Shown piece after piece: positions 1 to 11,300 of a stretch of DNA of 64,000 bases. The notes under the pieces are model-generated. The model had not been told where the DNA came from, searched no databases, and worked only from the letters and a program-made list of their open reading frames with translations. Location of the stretch: positions 943,590 to 1,007,589 of the forward strand of contig MU053911.1 in assembly GCA_013239625.1 (NCBI GenBank), in the 5' to 3' direction. The DNA comes from Lama guanicoe (taxonomy: Eukaryota). Position numbers and translations under genes: made by a program. The first letter of the stretch is position 1, and the number at the start of each line of letters is the position of its first letter.

Positions 1-304
1 TAACTGGCTAAGAGACACAGCACAATCACAGCCTCTTTGGTCAAATGAGATCAGTCACAGGAAACAAAGGAAGCAAGTTCCGGAGACCAGATGGCCTCTT
101 ATTAAAACTCAGAATATGCATCACTAGTCTGGAGACTAAAGGTGTGCCGGGAAGAGGGGGACGGGCAGCGCAACGCGGTGGCAGCAGACGCAGCAGGGCT
201 TCACCTCAGTCTTCTGCCTGGCGTCTGTCTGCGCGAGCCTGGCGCCTGCGCGAGCCTGGGCAAACATTTATCCTGCACTGATTTGTAAGGCAGTAGAGCT
301 GAGA

Positions 305-386
305 CAGGACCAGTGCCCACTTCACAGGGTTATTGTGTGGCTCATACAAGATAAAACATGAAAAGTCCTTGTCACAGTGCCTGCAT
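305..386 (+). mobile_element. MIR fragment
   Basis: acttcacagggttattgtg...gtcacagtgcctg. Confidence 0.55.
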
Positions 387-919
387 GTGGGATGGAAATG
401 GAAAAATGAACGGGAGGGGCTGTGGCAGGTGTCATCCTGTGAAAACCCTGGAATTTGATGGGGTAGAATTAGGGAAGGTGAAACAGTAAGAAAAGCAAAA
501 ACAGACAAGCTGAGCAAAGCCAGAGAGACAAAACTAGGAAGATGAGGTGCACCTGGCCTGGGTGGGACTCGGCGGGCTGGCTGGGGGAACTGGTCCCAGA
601 GCATCCCACTTCCTCGGCCTCTCCCGTCCCTCCAGGAGGTCTTGCTGGAAGTCAGCGGTTACCATGAGAAAACATCTGCATCTGAAAACAGCTGTATGTG
701 CTGTCGTCTCATTAAAAAACTTTTTTCAGCATTTGGACGTTAATGTTGTGTGTCACCCACAATGTCATGAGAAATCCGGAGAGAAAAATGTGGTCTGTGC
801 AATTAGTAGCCCTGGGGCAATAAAGCTTCTGTTTCAGACAATGTCAAAACACAGCAAGATCTGGGAAGGCAGAGCCAGCTGCCAGAGCACATATGCAAAC
901 TTGCATTGTTTCTGGCTTC

Positions 920-1207
920 ACAATGCATGCAGTGTTTCAAACACTTGCGTGTGCATGCACATGCATGCATGTGCACACGTGTGCATGTACATGCCATGCA
1001 TACACACACCACATATGCTGTACACACCCACAAACACATCCACATACACGTTTGCATGCCATGTGTACACACGCATTCACACATGCATATGGCATGCGCG
1101 TGCCTTGGACGTGCACACGGACACATCACCTGCGTATATGTGCACACACACCATCCACAGATACACGTGCACACATGTGCATAGACCACATGTGCTCAAA
1201 CACACCT
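920..1207. repeat. Degenerate alternating purine-pyrimidine repeat (CA/TG/CATG)
   Basis: About 280 bp of tgcatgcacatgcatgcatgtgcacacgtgtgc-type sequence. Confidence 0.85.
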
Positions 1208-1829
1208 ATAGCAAAACAATGATTAGAACGTAGTAATTAACAACCACCAAGTGTCCTTACACGGAGCTTTATTTTAATTCCATATTTATATTCCTTGCAC
1301 TCTTTCCCGGTTTTAAATCATGAAAACAAACCGGATCAATGTTAAATTTATTTTAGGAATAATTAAGGGTAGTCACAAGGGCTCCTCTTATTCAAATAGT
1401 ATTCGACATTTGCATCTGTCCTGAGTAATAAATTCATTTATGTACCTTGAGAACATGACAATTATCATTTTATAACATTCTCTCTCTAAACAGTGAACTG
1501 TTTTATTACATTATTCTATTATACATATGGTCAAATGATAGCTATGTAATAAAAAACATACCTCTGGGTAGGCCATTGAACACTGAGATTTGACTAGGAA
1601 ATCTTTGGCACAAAGGAGCCAACACTTGCAGAACAGACCACAGCAACTTTCTGAGCCGCTTGTCCTCCTGCCAAGATACAGCAATTCCCTGTTTGTTCTA
1701 GGATTTTCCCAACTCGGTCATGAAGCTGGACTTTTCACCACTTCCCTTGGTAGCGGGGTGGAAAACAAAGCTGCATATAGATTTTGCTAGAATTCACCCT
1801 GGACTTTGTGGGGGAAAACTTTCTCAAAG

Positions 1830-1907
1830 GTGTCTGTGTCTGTATGTGTCTGTGTGTCTGCCTGTGTGTGTGTGTTTCCATGTGTCTGTGCATGTGTCTG
1901 TGTGTGT
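1830..1907. repeat. (TG)n / (TGTGTC)n microsatellite
   Basis: Read directly from the sequence. Confidence 0.85.
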
Positions 1908-2585
1908 ACTCCAACAATCAGCTACATAAAGAAAGTGCAGAGTCTTGGCATTTTGTGTTTTGGTTTTCTTGCTAATGAACATAATTTACAAAGTGTATTT
2001 GGAGTTGCATCTTTTGTCAAAAGCCTTTCCTTTAATGAAAGGAGGTTTGTATTATCAAAATGTTTACACTGTTATTCTAAGAATAATGGCTCATCAGAAA
2101 CAGAAGGAAGTCCCAGAGTTGAAGGCAAGTCATCAAATTTGGAGATTAAACACATCCTTAAAGAAGGCGACACTAACATGACAGGCAGGACCTGGGAGTG
2201 ACAATGCCCACCCCACGGTAGGACCACGGCTTCTGGAAAGCAGGCCTGGCCCCAGATGTGATGAGAGGCGAATGACAGGCCAGTGTGGGGGTGGCCCAGG
2301 TTCTAGCTAGCTGAGGCGAACTGACTGCCAAAGGCATTGTGTCCGGGTTTCGTGTCCACAGCTCAAGAGGGACGCGGAGACACAAGCGGAGCCCGACCCA
2401 CGTGCAGGGGCGCCCTGGGGCAGCCGGCCCCGTAACGTGGCCGGGATGCGCAGATGCGAGGCCCGGTTCCTCTCCAGGGGTCCCACAAAGTCGATGCTTC
2501 TGTGCGCGGCCCTATGAGGGCAGGTTTGCGCACTGGAGGCGGGGGCATGGGTGATGGAGTGGGGAGCACAGCCTGATGGGGCCCC

Positions 2586-2989
2586 TGAGGCGGAAAGCCC
2601 CATAAAAAGACTGGCAGGACCCCCAGGCAGGGCCACTACTCTCTTGCCAGCACCATCCGGTTCTCTGGCCCAGAGGCTCTATCTCACGTTTTGCCTCTGA
2701 AACGGCTTACTTACCCCTAAAATTCTGTTGGTTCCCTGAGCTCACTCCTGATTGGTTATTTCCTTCACCGTTCCTAATTAGCCAACTTTCATTATACCTC
2801 ATTTGCATACAATGTTGCAAAGTGTGAACTGGCAGCCTATAAAAGCCTATGTAAACCTACAGCCGTCCAGACCTTGAGGTGTTAACTCTTTTGACCCCAC
2901 TGGTGTGATAAGTCATAAGTTCTCCAGCTCTGAGAGTGCTGCTTGGTTTCTTGCCGAGACCCAGATTATTGTCACATTTTCCCGCAACA
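2586..2989 (+). mobile_element. Solo LTR, probably ERV1 class
   Basis: TG...CA ends; CCAAT boxes, octamer and TATA (cctataaaa about 2836). Aligns along its length to 60719-61177. Confidence 0.8.
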
Positions 2990-5900
2990 CTTCCAGCCAG
3001 GCCAGGCCTCCCCTGGGGAAGCCTTAACCATGGGGTGAATTCCTGGTAAGAACGGGCATCCGGAGGAGCGTGTGCAGAAGCTGGCCCCGCTGGACCCTGC
3101 AGCTGAGGGCAAGAACCCTCAGATGTGTCTGCACAGGTTCCAGCCACCTGAGGCCACCCTTCAGCCCTGCTACCTCCTAGCTGACGAAACTGGGCTGTCA
3201 GTTCTCCCTGTGTGCCTCCACTCCTTGTCTGATGGCTGTGTGGATGTCCCTGGTCGCTGCAGAACTGACCAGTCCCGGTGCAGCAAGCACCTCTTAGAGC
3301 ACGGCGCTTGGCTGGCCGCCGTCAGCGCGTACGGTCTCCACGCTGGATCACTGAGGACGGGACACCAGAGGGTAACAGACGGGCTTTGGGGGCCTCCTGC
3401 GTGCTTGTTCAGTCCACCGTGGAAACTAAAGTCCAGCAGTGGCATGAAGTGTGCCTCACGCACCCCATGGAGGCTGTGGCAATGCTCCCCCGTCTCTGGC
3501 TCCTGGTTTCTTCATCTCTGCACCATTTATTTTGGGTTTGTGAGCATCAAGTGAAAACGCACATTCATCGCCCACCTGGTGCCAATTACTGCGCCACGCC
3601 TGGGGCTGCTCTGGAGGGGTGGGTTGAGGGAGGGGGTCGTTAGCGCACAGATACTGGGGTGCAGCTGCCAAGGGCTGAGCCAGTGGCGGTGGCTGATGCA
3701 CATGTTGTCATCCTGGGATGCCACTGTTGCCTGAGGATGGAAGAAGAGATTGAAAAGGGTCTTCAGTTTGGCAGTGGCATCCGTCCAGTGTAAGCAGGCC
3801 GAGTGGTCCAGGGGCTCTCACTCACTTCTGAACGCCAGGAGGCTCCTTTAAAGGTTCACAGACGTGAGATAATGGGTCCCTGGGATGCCTCCAGCCCCGT
3901 CTGTAGATGTGGAGCTTGATTCTGTTGCTAAAGACTTCTCTGACGTCTAAAACTAGTTTTTTTTTTCTAAACTGCTTTTGGAGCAGCTTCAGTTATTTCT
4001 TCCAGTTTTGCCTCATCCCCCTTCCTTTAAATGGTCCATCAGTTCAGCTAACGAGCACCGATTCTCAGACAAAGCCTCGTGCTTGACATAATGGAGGCAG
4101 AAGTGGCCCAGCTGTAGCCCAGACACAGAGGAGATATCGGACATCCCTGAGACAACAAAATGTTTCTCCTCGGTAGAGGATTACCATAGCAATAAGAAAG
4201 GGACTTCACTGGAAAGTTTATTCCACTAAACAGTTATCCGAGTACACAGCGAGTCTCCCCAGTTACAGCAGATCATTCCGCAGAGAATTTCAGAGGCAAA
4301 GGAAGGACGCCCTCTGGCATCAGCCTCATCACCACTGTGGTATTTACTTCAGCCTGGCTCATGGATGGTCTAGGTCGCGTACTGCCTGCTCGTGTGACTG
4401 CGTTTGGAGTCTGAGAGTTGAGGCGATTTGACCTACCCCTTTGGGATATTGAGAAGGCTCCTGGAGGCCTACTCGGAAGCTTACTGTGACAGTAAATAAA
4501 CATGCACACAACTTCGGCAAGGAAAGTCACCACCACCAGGGGCCCCCGGTGTCCCCTGGAGACAGCGTCTGGGGGAGAGGCGTGGAAGGGGAAGGATCCA
4601 ACCGCGCCAGCTCAAGGGGAAGCCTTTCCACTTTCAGCAACGCCTGCCTCCCAGTTATTAACGAGGAAAGACTCCTTTTTTCCATACCCTAATGATGTCC
4701 ACAGTTGAAGCACAGCCTGCAGCAGAACAGAGTGGAATATTTCAAGGACATTCATCATAAGTGAATCCAGAGACCAGACTCCTGTTTCAGTGTCAAGGTT
4801 TAAATGTCGAACACCTGGAGACATAATTACTCAACCTTAAAGTCATTTTCTGAGTTCATTGCTGTGGTTCAGGGAAAGTCGAACTACCAAGTTGAGTTCA
4901 AGACTGTGTGGGCTGGGGGACGGGAGGGGCCGTGGTTATGTCCGGAACCCAAGAGCACTCTGGCCCCATCCCACTGCCACAAGGAGGTCACATACTAAAA
5001 AGCGAGGTTCATACAGAAATCAGGAGGGGAGGATGAGCCTTCCCCATGTGCTCAACGAATCAGGTACAAGCTACTGAAAATGCTCTTGCTGGAAGTAAAC
5101 TCATCGAAAATTTTGCCATGAAGAACTTTCCGGTAGGACAGGGATTCTGATATTAAAACAGCAGCCTCTTTGATTCAAATTCAAGTCAACCGCTGTTTCT
5201 AACTTAGACTTGCAGCCACAAATTTCCAGAACAGCACATATGTGCATCCATTTTTTTTTGGAAAGTAAATAGAGATTGATTTTACACTGACTGCTTTTCA
5301 CATCCATTTATCATTGTAGGTTGACACAATGTTAAGTTCAGGAGTCTTCTTAAGGAATTTATTTAAATATGCTAAAGAAACACGGGGAACTGTTCAACTC
5401 CTAAGTTGAAGAAAGTTCAGAAAGTCAAGGTTTAAAAGCTAAATAGAGCTTTAACCAAACGTCTGGTGTAGCCTCCCAGTTCTCTGTAATAGAGTTCCCA
5501 CAAGAAAAACAGCTTGAGTCTGTTCAGGAAAATAAAATTTAATTGTATTGTCCCACTAGTCATTCACTATTCCTTAGCTGAATTTTTAGCTTTACTATGA
5601 GGAAGCTTTAGAATTTGGCTTTCAAATGTTATGTGTTTATGACTGTTTTCCACATGGAGACTATAATACAGATAAGATGGACATTTTAGGTATCACTTGC
5701 ACCAAAAAATGTACAAAAACAAGCATGCAGATGTGACTCTCTGTTTCCAGAAAATACTAAAGACTAAGTGTGTCCACCTCCTGGCTTCTGTACCCGCTGC
5801 ACCTAGTTTCCTTCTACTAGTCATTCATTGTGAGCTCTTGGTCAAAGTCTGAATGCACATAAAAAAACAAAACTCATGCAGATTAAGGATGGTCTGGTTA

Positions 5901-6489
5901 ATGCGTGTGCTTCCAGAAGCCCCGACTGAAAGACGTTCCGGTTCTGACGGGCAGGACTCACGTACTGCTGAACACACTCTTCTCAAATGACAAATTCCAT
6001 AGTCTGATTACTCATCAAATGAACTTGTCCGTTTCCACTGACGTGTGGGAAGGCTTCCTGCTGCACTTGTGCAAAACTACCAGCTAGGAAACAGCCCCCC
6101 AGCTGCCCCAGCATCTCACTCGAGACGGCTACCAACGCTGCCTGTCCCGTGCCCTGACACAGGACGGGAAATGACAGGAGTGGCCCATAAGTACGAGGAG
6201 AAAGTCCATTCCCAGAGCCAGGTCGCACGGACGTGGTAAGGGAGAAGGCAACCTGGGAGCCTTCTAACTTGCCGTTTCACCTGGGACTCTGAAAGTGCCG
6301 GCATCGTAGGTCTTCCAAGCACTTAGAATTCTTAGTGCTTATACCAAAAAAATCTAACCAAACATCTATTTTCTTTCCCTGAACACCCGATGGAAGCCCA
6401 GCTTGGGATTATTCCCAAGAAAAAGAAAGCTTTCTTGATTCACTCATCTTTACTGAACACTGAAAGGAAAATACTTTAAAGTAATTTTT

Positions 6490-6701
6490 CTGAATGTATG
6501 TGTGTACGTGACGACTGGGACATTGTGCTGCACACCAGAAATTGACACATGGTAACTGTACTTCAATTTAAAAATAAAATAAAGTAATTTTTATATGAAA
6601 AGGAATATATATTTATAACTGAATCACTATGCTGTACATCAGAAATTAGCATAACATTGTAAATGGACTGTACTTCAATTTTAAAAAGTCAACACCCCAA
6701 A
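6490..6701 (+). mobile_element. Two tandem, severely 5'-truncated L1 3' tails
   Basis: Each has the ...gctg(c/t)aca(c/t)cagaaatt...acttcaattt(a)n terminus seen at other L1 tails in the window. Confidence 0.75.
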
Positions 6702-7599
6702 AAAGCAATTTTTTAGCCTAATAAAATCTCCATATTTACTTTAAGAATTCAGTCAATGCCACGTTCTCAGTTCAGAAGGATGGCGAACAAAATCAACAGG
6801 ACGTGCAAATTCTAGCTGTGCCAGAAGACAAGCAGCCACTTCCGGCCTGGCAGGCACAGACGCAGCTGGAAGCTAAACCCAGCTTCGTCTCCTGGAGGAG
6901 GTGGGTCGTGGGTTCATGTCTCCCCACTTGCCGCGTTTCTGGCATTTGCAGTCTTCCCCCTCGTGGGGCACCTTTCTCCCCCCAAGGGCCGAGAAACATA
7001 AACCCCACCGCAGTCGACTTTCACCAAAAACATGTCGCCGTTTCAACCCGATCAGTGGGAATCCAGGGACAAACGCGGCATCCGTGTGAGATGCTGTCAA
7101 ACGGAGACCCCGCTGCGAAGTTCTGAGGGTGCTTTCACATAACAGAGGTGCCTCAGGGCCAGAATATTAGCTACAACTCAATCGGTTTACAGTTGGTAGG
7201 CAACTGACCAGAGCTGGAAGTCTGCACCGAATATGTGTTTCACCTCCCCAAAGGAAGCGCTCAAAGACCGGACCCTACACGGAGACTCGAAGGAAAGTAA
7301 CTGTCCTTTAACAGCTACACTCAGTCACTTGGGAATGACTGGCCGCACGCTTCCTGCCCCAAGGGCACTGTGCTGGGTGCTGGGAAGTATGGGGGCAGTG
7401 GGCGTGGCCTCTCCCACGGAGGCCTTTAGTCTGAGGAGAAGGACAAATGTGGAGTTAATCTTAGGGCAGTGTGATGTGAGTTGTCATGCAGGGATGACCT
7501 GCGCCTTAGACAAGCACTGTTACGTGAGGATCCCCTGGTCAAAATTGCTCAGGAGGAGCTTAGCGAACACCTAATGAATGAAAGGATGGGGGGATTTTG

Positions 7600-7700
7600 C
7601 TGGTGTGAAAGCGAGGCTCAGAGAGGCAAGCAGTTTTCTCAGAGTCACACAGCCAGTGAAGTCAGCAGCAGGCAAGGGCTAGAGCCTGTTCCCTGACCTG
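7600..7700 (-). mobile_element. MIR fragment
   Basis: gaggctcagagagg...gtcacacagccagt. Confidence 0.55.
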
Positions 7701-8002
7701 CAGTCAGCTCTCCGCTCTCCAGCCGTGTGACCTGGGAAATCCTGCAGCCACCCGACAGCTCTGTTCACTGTCTGACAGACGACCCCTGCGTCCACAGCAG
7801 CACCAGAGGCACGGCCTTGGGCACGTGCCCTTTCCCCTGCGGGAGTTAGCGTCCTCGCTCCAGGGCACCCAGTATCGGGAGGAACAGGCGCCGAAGCCCA
7901 AGAAGTGGAAGGCCCAGAGCCTCAGGCTGAGCCCCAAACAGGGGAAATGATCTTAAAAGACAGTTCTGGTGATAAAATTGTTTTGAAATGAAAGTAAAAC
8001 GT

Positions 8003-8398
8003 GTTAGAGACAATCATACTAAGTGAAGTAAGTCAAAGACAAGTGTCAGGTGACACTTGTATGTGGAATCTGAAAAATAATACAGATGAGCTCATTTACA
8101 ACACAGAAAGAGACTCGCAGACACAGAACACAAATGTGCGGTCAGCAAAGGGGCAGGTGCCGGGGGAGGGCTACACCCGGAGCTGGGGGCGAGCAGACAC
8201 ACACCACTGTGTGTAAACTAGATAAACGGCGAGGCCCTCCCGCGCAGCCCAGGGACTGCAGTCGGTACCATGTGATAACCTGCAGTGGAGAAGAACCCAC
8301 ATACACGACTGAGCCACTGTGCTGCACACCGGAAACGGACATGCTGTAAATCAGCTACACTGCCATAAAAAGCAAATAAGTAAACAATTGAAAAGAAA
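8003..8398 (+). mobile_element. L1 3' end fragment
   Basis: catactaagtgaagtaagtca...atgtggaatct...gctgcacaccggaaac and an A-rich tail: typical L1 ORF2 end / 3'UTR. Confidence 0.85.
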
Positions 8399-11300
8399 AT
8401 TTTTTTTAAATATGATTGATACAAAACTGAATTATCAGCAACTTTTAAGATCTGCCGCAGTCCTGGACCCTGAGAAATGTGGCTGAGAGACAAGCATCAC
8501 AGGTACAGAGGGCGAACGCGGGGAGGCGTCGGCTCTGCCCTGAGCGAGCAGACCAGGCGCAGACAAGACCCTTTCTAGGGCTTCCAGTGGTGGGGGGGCT
8601 TCTGCAGCGAAGGAAGAGTAGGCCAGGTGCTGGGGGCCGATAGACTTCGAAGAGACAAGCGGGAGGAGGGCAGGGCTGGCTGGGGGCTTCCTGGAGCCAG
8701 AGCGTGCCAGATGTGTCTGGGCACCTCGGGGCTAAAATGTGGAGAATTCTGAATCTCAGGGAAGGAGTTTGGGTTTTGGACCAAAGCACTAGGGAAGCCG
8801 TTTGCCCACAACAGGAAAGCCAGTGGGGAGGCAGCGCTGTCCCACGGAGGGTGTGAGCGTGGCCGGGCAGGTGGAAGGAAGAGGAACAGAGAGAAAACGC
8901 ATTACCCAGAAATGCTGGCTCGGGCTAGAGACCGGGTGGGGTGGAGGACACAGAGGTCACACAGAGATGGCCGGCTCCCGGGGTGGGGGGCGGTTCATGA
9001 ACAGAGATCCGAGGAAAATCAAGTCTCTCCCAGGTCAGTGTGTGGCATTTGGAGGAAAGTGATGCATGGATTGAAGTCACCAACCAGGAGCTGGAAACCT
9101 GAGACAGAGATGGAAGCCAAGCTCTGACGCGATGGCCTTTGTGCCCTGAAGGTGGGGGCCAAGGGCGGGGGGCGGAGGACAGCTGGAGGACCAGGTCCAG
9201 TACGAGGGCAGAAGTGGGAAAGCTGGAGGTGATGCCAGGGCAGCCCTGGGGGAACCGAGTCTCAGGAAGGCAGAAAGACGCTTTCCAGGAGAAGTCGCAC
9301 GGGAGGAACCCCCCCGGGGGCCATGTGGTAACCCCCCGTGCCCCCAGCAAGAGTGGGGCCACTCCCCAGGACGCAGTCTGTCGAAGGGTCCTCTTTAAAG
9401 TGAGGCTTTCTCAGCTGCTGTGGACACCCCAGGCCTCGCGAGAATATTTGCAGTCATGAAAATGATGTTCCCAAACTGCAAGCTCTAGGAGTTTAAAACA
9501 CATGGTTCCAAGTTAGGGAGAAAGGAACCCAGTGTGTGTGCAAATTTTATGTCATTTGGAATGGTTTAAAGGACTGGAAAATGCAGCACCACAAGCATGG
9601 GCAGGTGTCCACGTGCAGACCCCTCCCTCCAGGGGCAGAGACCTCTCAGGAGGCTTCAGGAGAACCCAGCTTGGAGTTTGCCCCCCTCACTTCCACTTCA
9701 GCGTTTTATCTGTTCCTTTCCCAGGGAAAATAGGGGGGAAAAGTTGCCGGAGTTTTCAAATGTCAGCCTTTGACTGATTAGAGGAGGTTTCCTGGCTTGA
9801 CCAGTAAGTTGATGTGAACAGTTCATCCGTTAATACAGTGAAACACATGTCAGAGATTACAAATTGTTTAGCAGGTTTTGACAAACAAGTCCCCTGGTGG
9901 TCCCGAAATTTCTGGGAAGCAGATGGAAGAGGTGCAATTCATAGATTCCCTTCCTACCCGCACAAATCCCGAGAGGTCTCAGGGAGCTGTTGGCACAAAT
10001 ATGGGACGTTGTCAGACAGCAGAGACACAATTGCCTCTGTTAGGATGACAATTAATTTTGTTTGCAGAGCACCAGGCAGTCTATTTGTTACCAGGAAGGT
10101 GCTAATTATTCTTGCTAATTACATGCAAAACATTCATTATCACCTGTAAGTGGAGCCGGACCCCTCAGGTTTCAGTGACAAATTAATTACTGTGTTTTCC
10201 TTGTGAATGTATTTCTAGTCAGTTCCTGGTATTAGCTGAAAAATAAATAGTTTAGCAAGCCGCTTGGCTCTCAGAGCCACTTATTAAAGTGAAAGTAAGC
10301 AGGCAGAGACACGTGGGTTCTGTTCCCTGCTCTCGGGTGGCGGTTCCTGAAAGGCCCGACTTCAGGCATGGAGGGACAAGCCGGACGCCTGGTGACATGC
10401 GTGCAGCTGGGGCCGATTGGGTGCCGGCGCGTGTTTGCTGTGGGAGCCGCTAGCAGAGCCTCAGGGATAGACATCGCCAGCTCCCGGGGAGGAGGGGAGG
10501 GTCCCACATCCCACACACACTCACACCCCACCCCTGGCCTTGCCTGTCAGAAGGTAGGGGCCGCATTTCATCATCTGGTCCAAATTTGGACTCCACTTCC
10601 TATTTGGAATCCAGTCCATCACCAAATGGATTTTTTTTTTAATTGAAGCACACTCAGTAACAGTGTGTCCATTTCTGGTGTCTGGCGTGCTGTCCCAGTC
10701 AGGCATATACACACATGAACTGCCAGCTGGCCGCTGTGATCCTTCCACCTTGGGGACAGACATCTCGGGAACTCTAGCCAGTGCACGGCTCCCAGGCAGT
10801 GGGTCTGCTTTAGCCCCAGCGGGCCCAGGCCCAGAGCCTCCATCACAGGCAGGAGACCCTCGCCTGTTCATCAGCCTCCATCATGTGCAGGAACCATCAT
10901 TTGCTCGGCCCCAAAGGGGCTCATTTTGCAAAAGCCCAGGGCCCAGCCCGCTCCTTTGGCTCCTCCTGCAGCCACCGCCCATTGGTCTGGCCCTGCTTGC
11001 TTTGGCTTTTCAGGTGTGTGAGCCCACGCCTGCTCTGCCGCCGCCACAGCCCCGTGACACACAGGCAAACGGTAGTTCCTGATCACAAATGAAAGAGGAA
11101 GGAAGTTTTCATTATCACATAATTTATTCTTTCTACCATTTTCAACTTAAAACAGGATTTAGGAACAGGAAATACAAGAGGCCGAATAACCCTCTGCGTG
11201 CGGGGCCCATAAATTTCACACTGTCTGCACGACGCGCTGCAGCCGGTTCCCCAGGATTTGAGTTCGCAGGCTTCCGGCTTCCATGCCCCGCAAAGGCAGA

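Noticed and set aside
547..1233. His/Cys/Thr-rich ORFs
   Set aside because: Translations of the CA/TG simple repeat.
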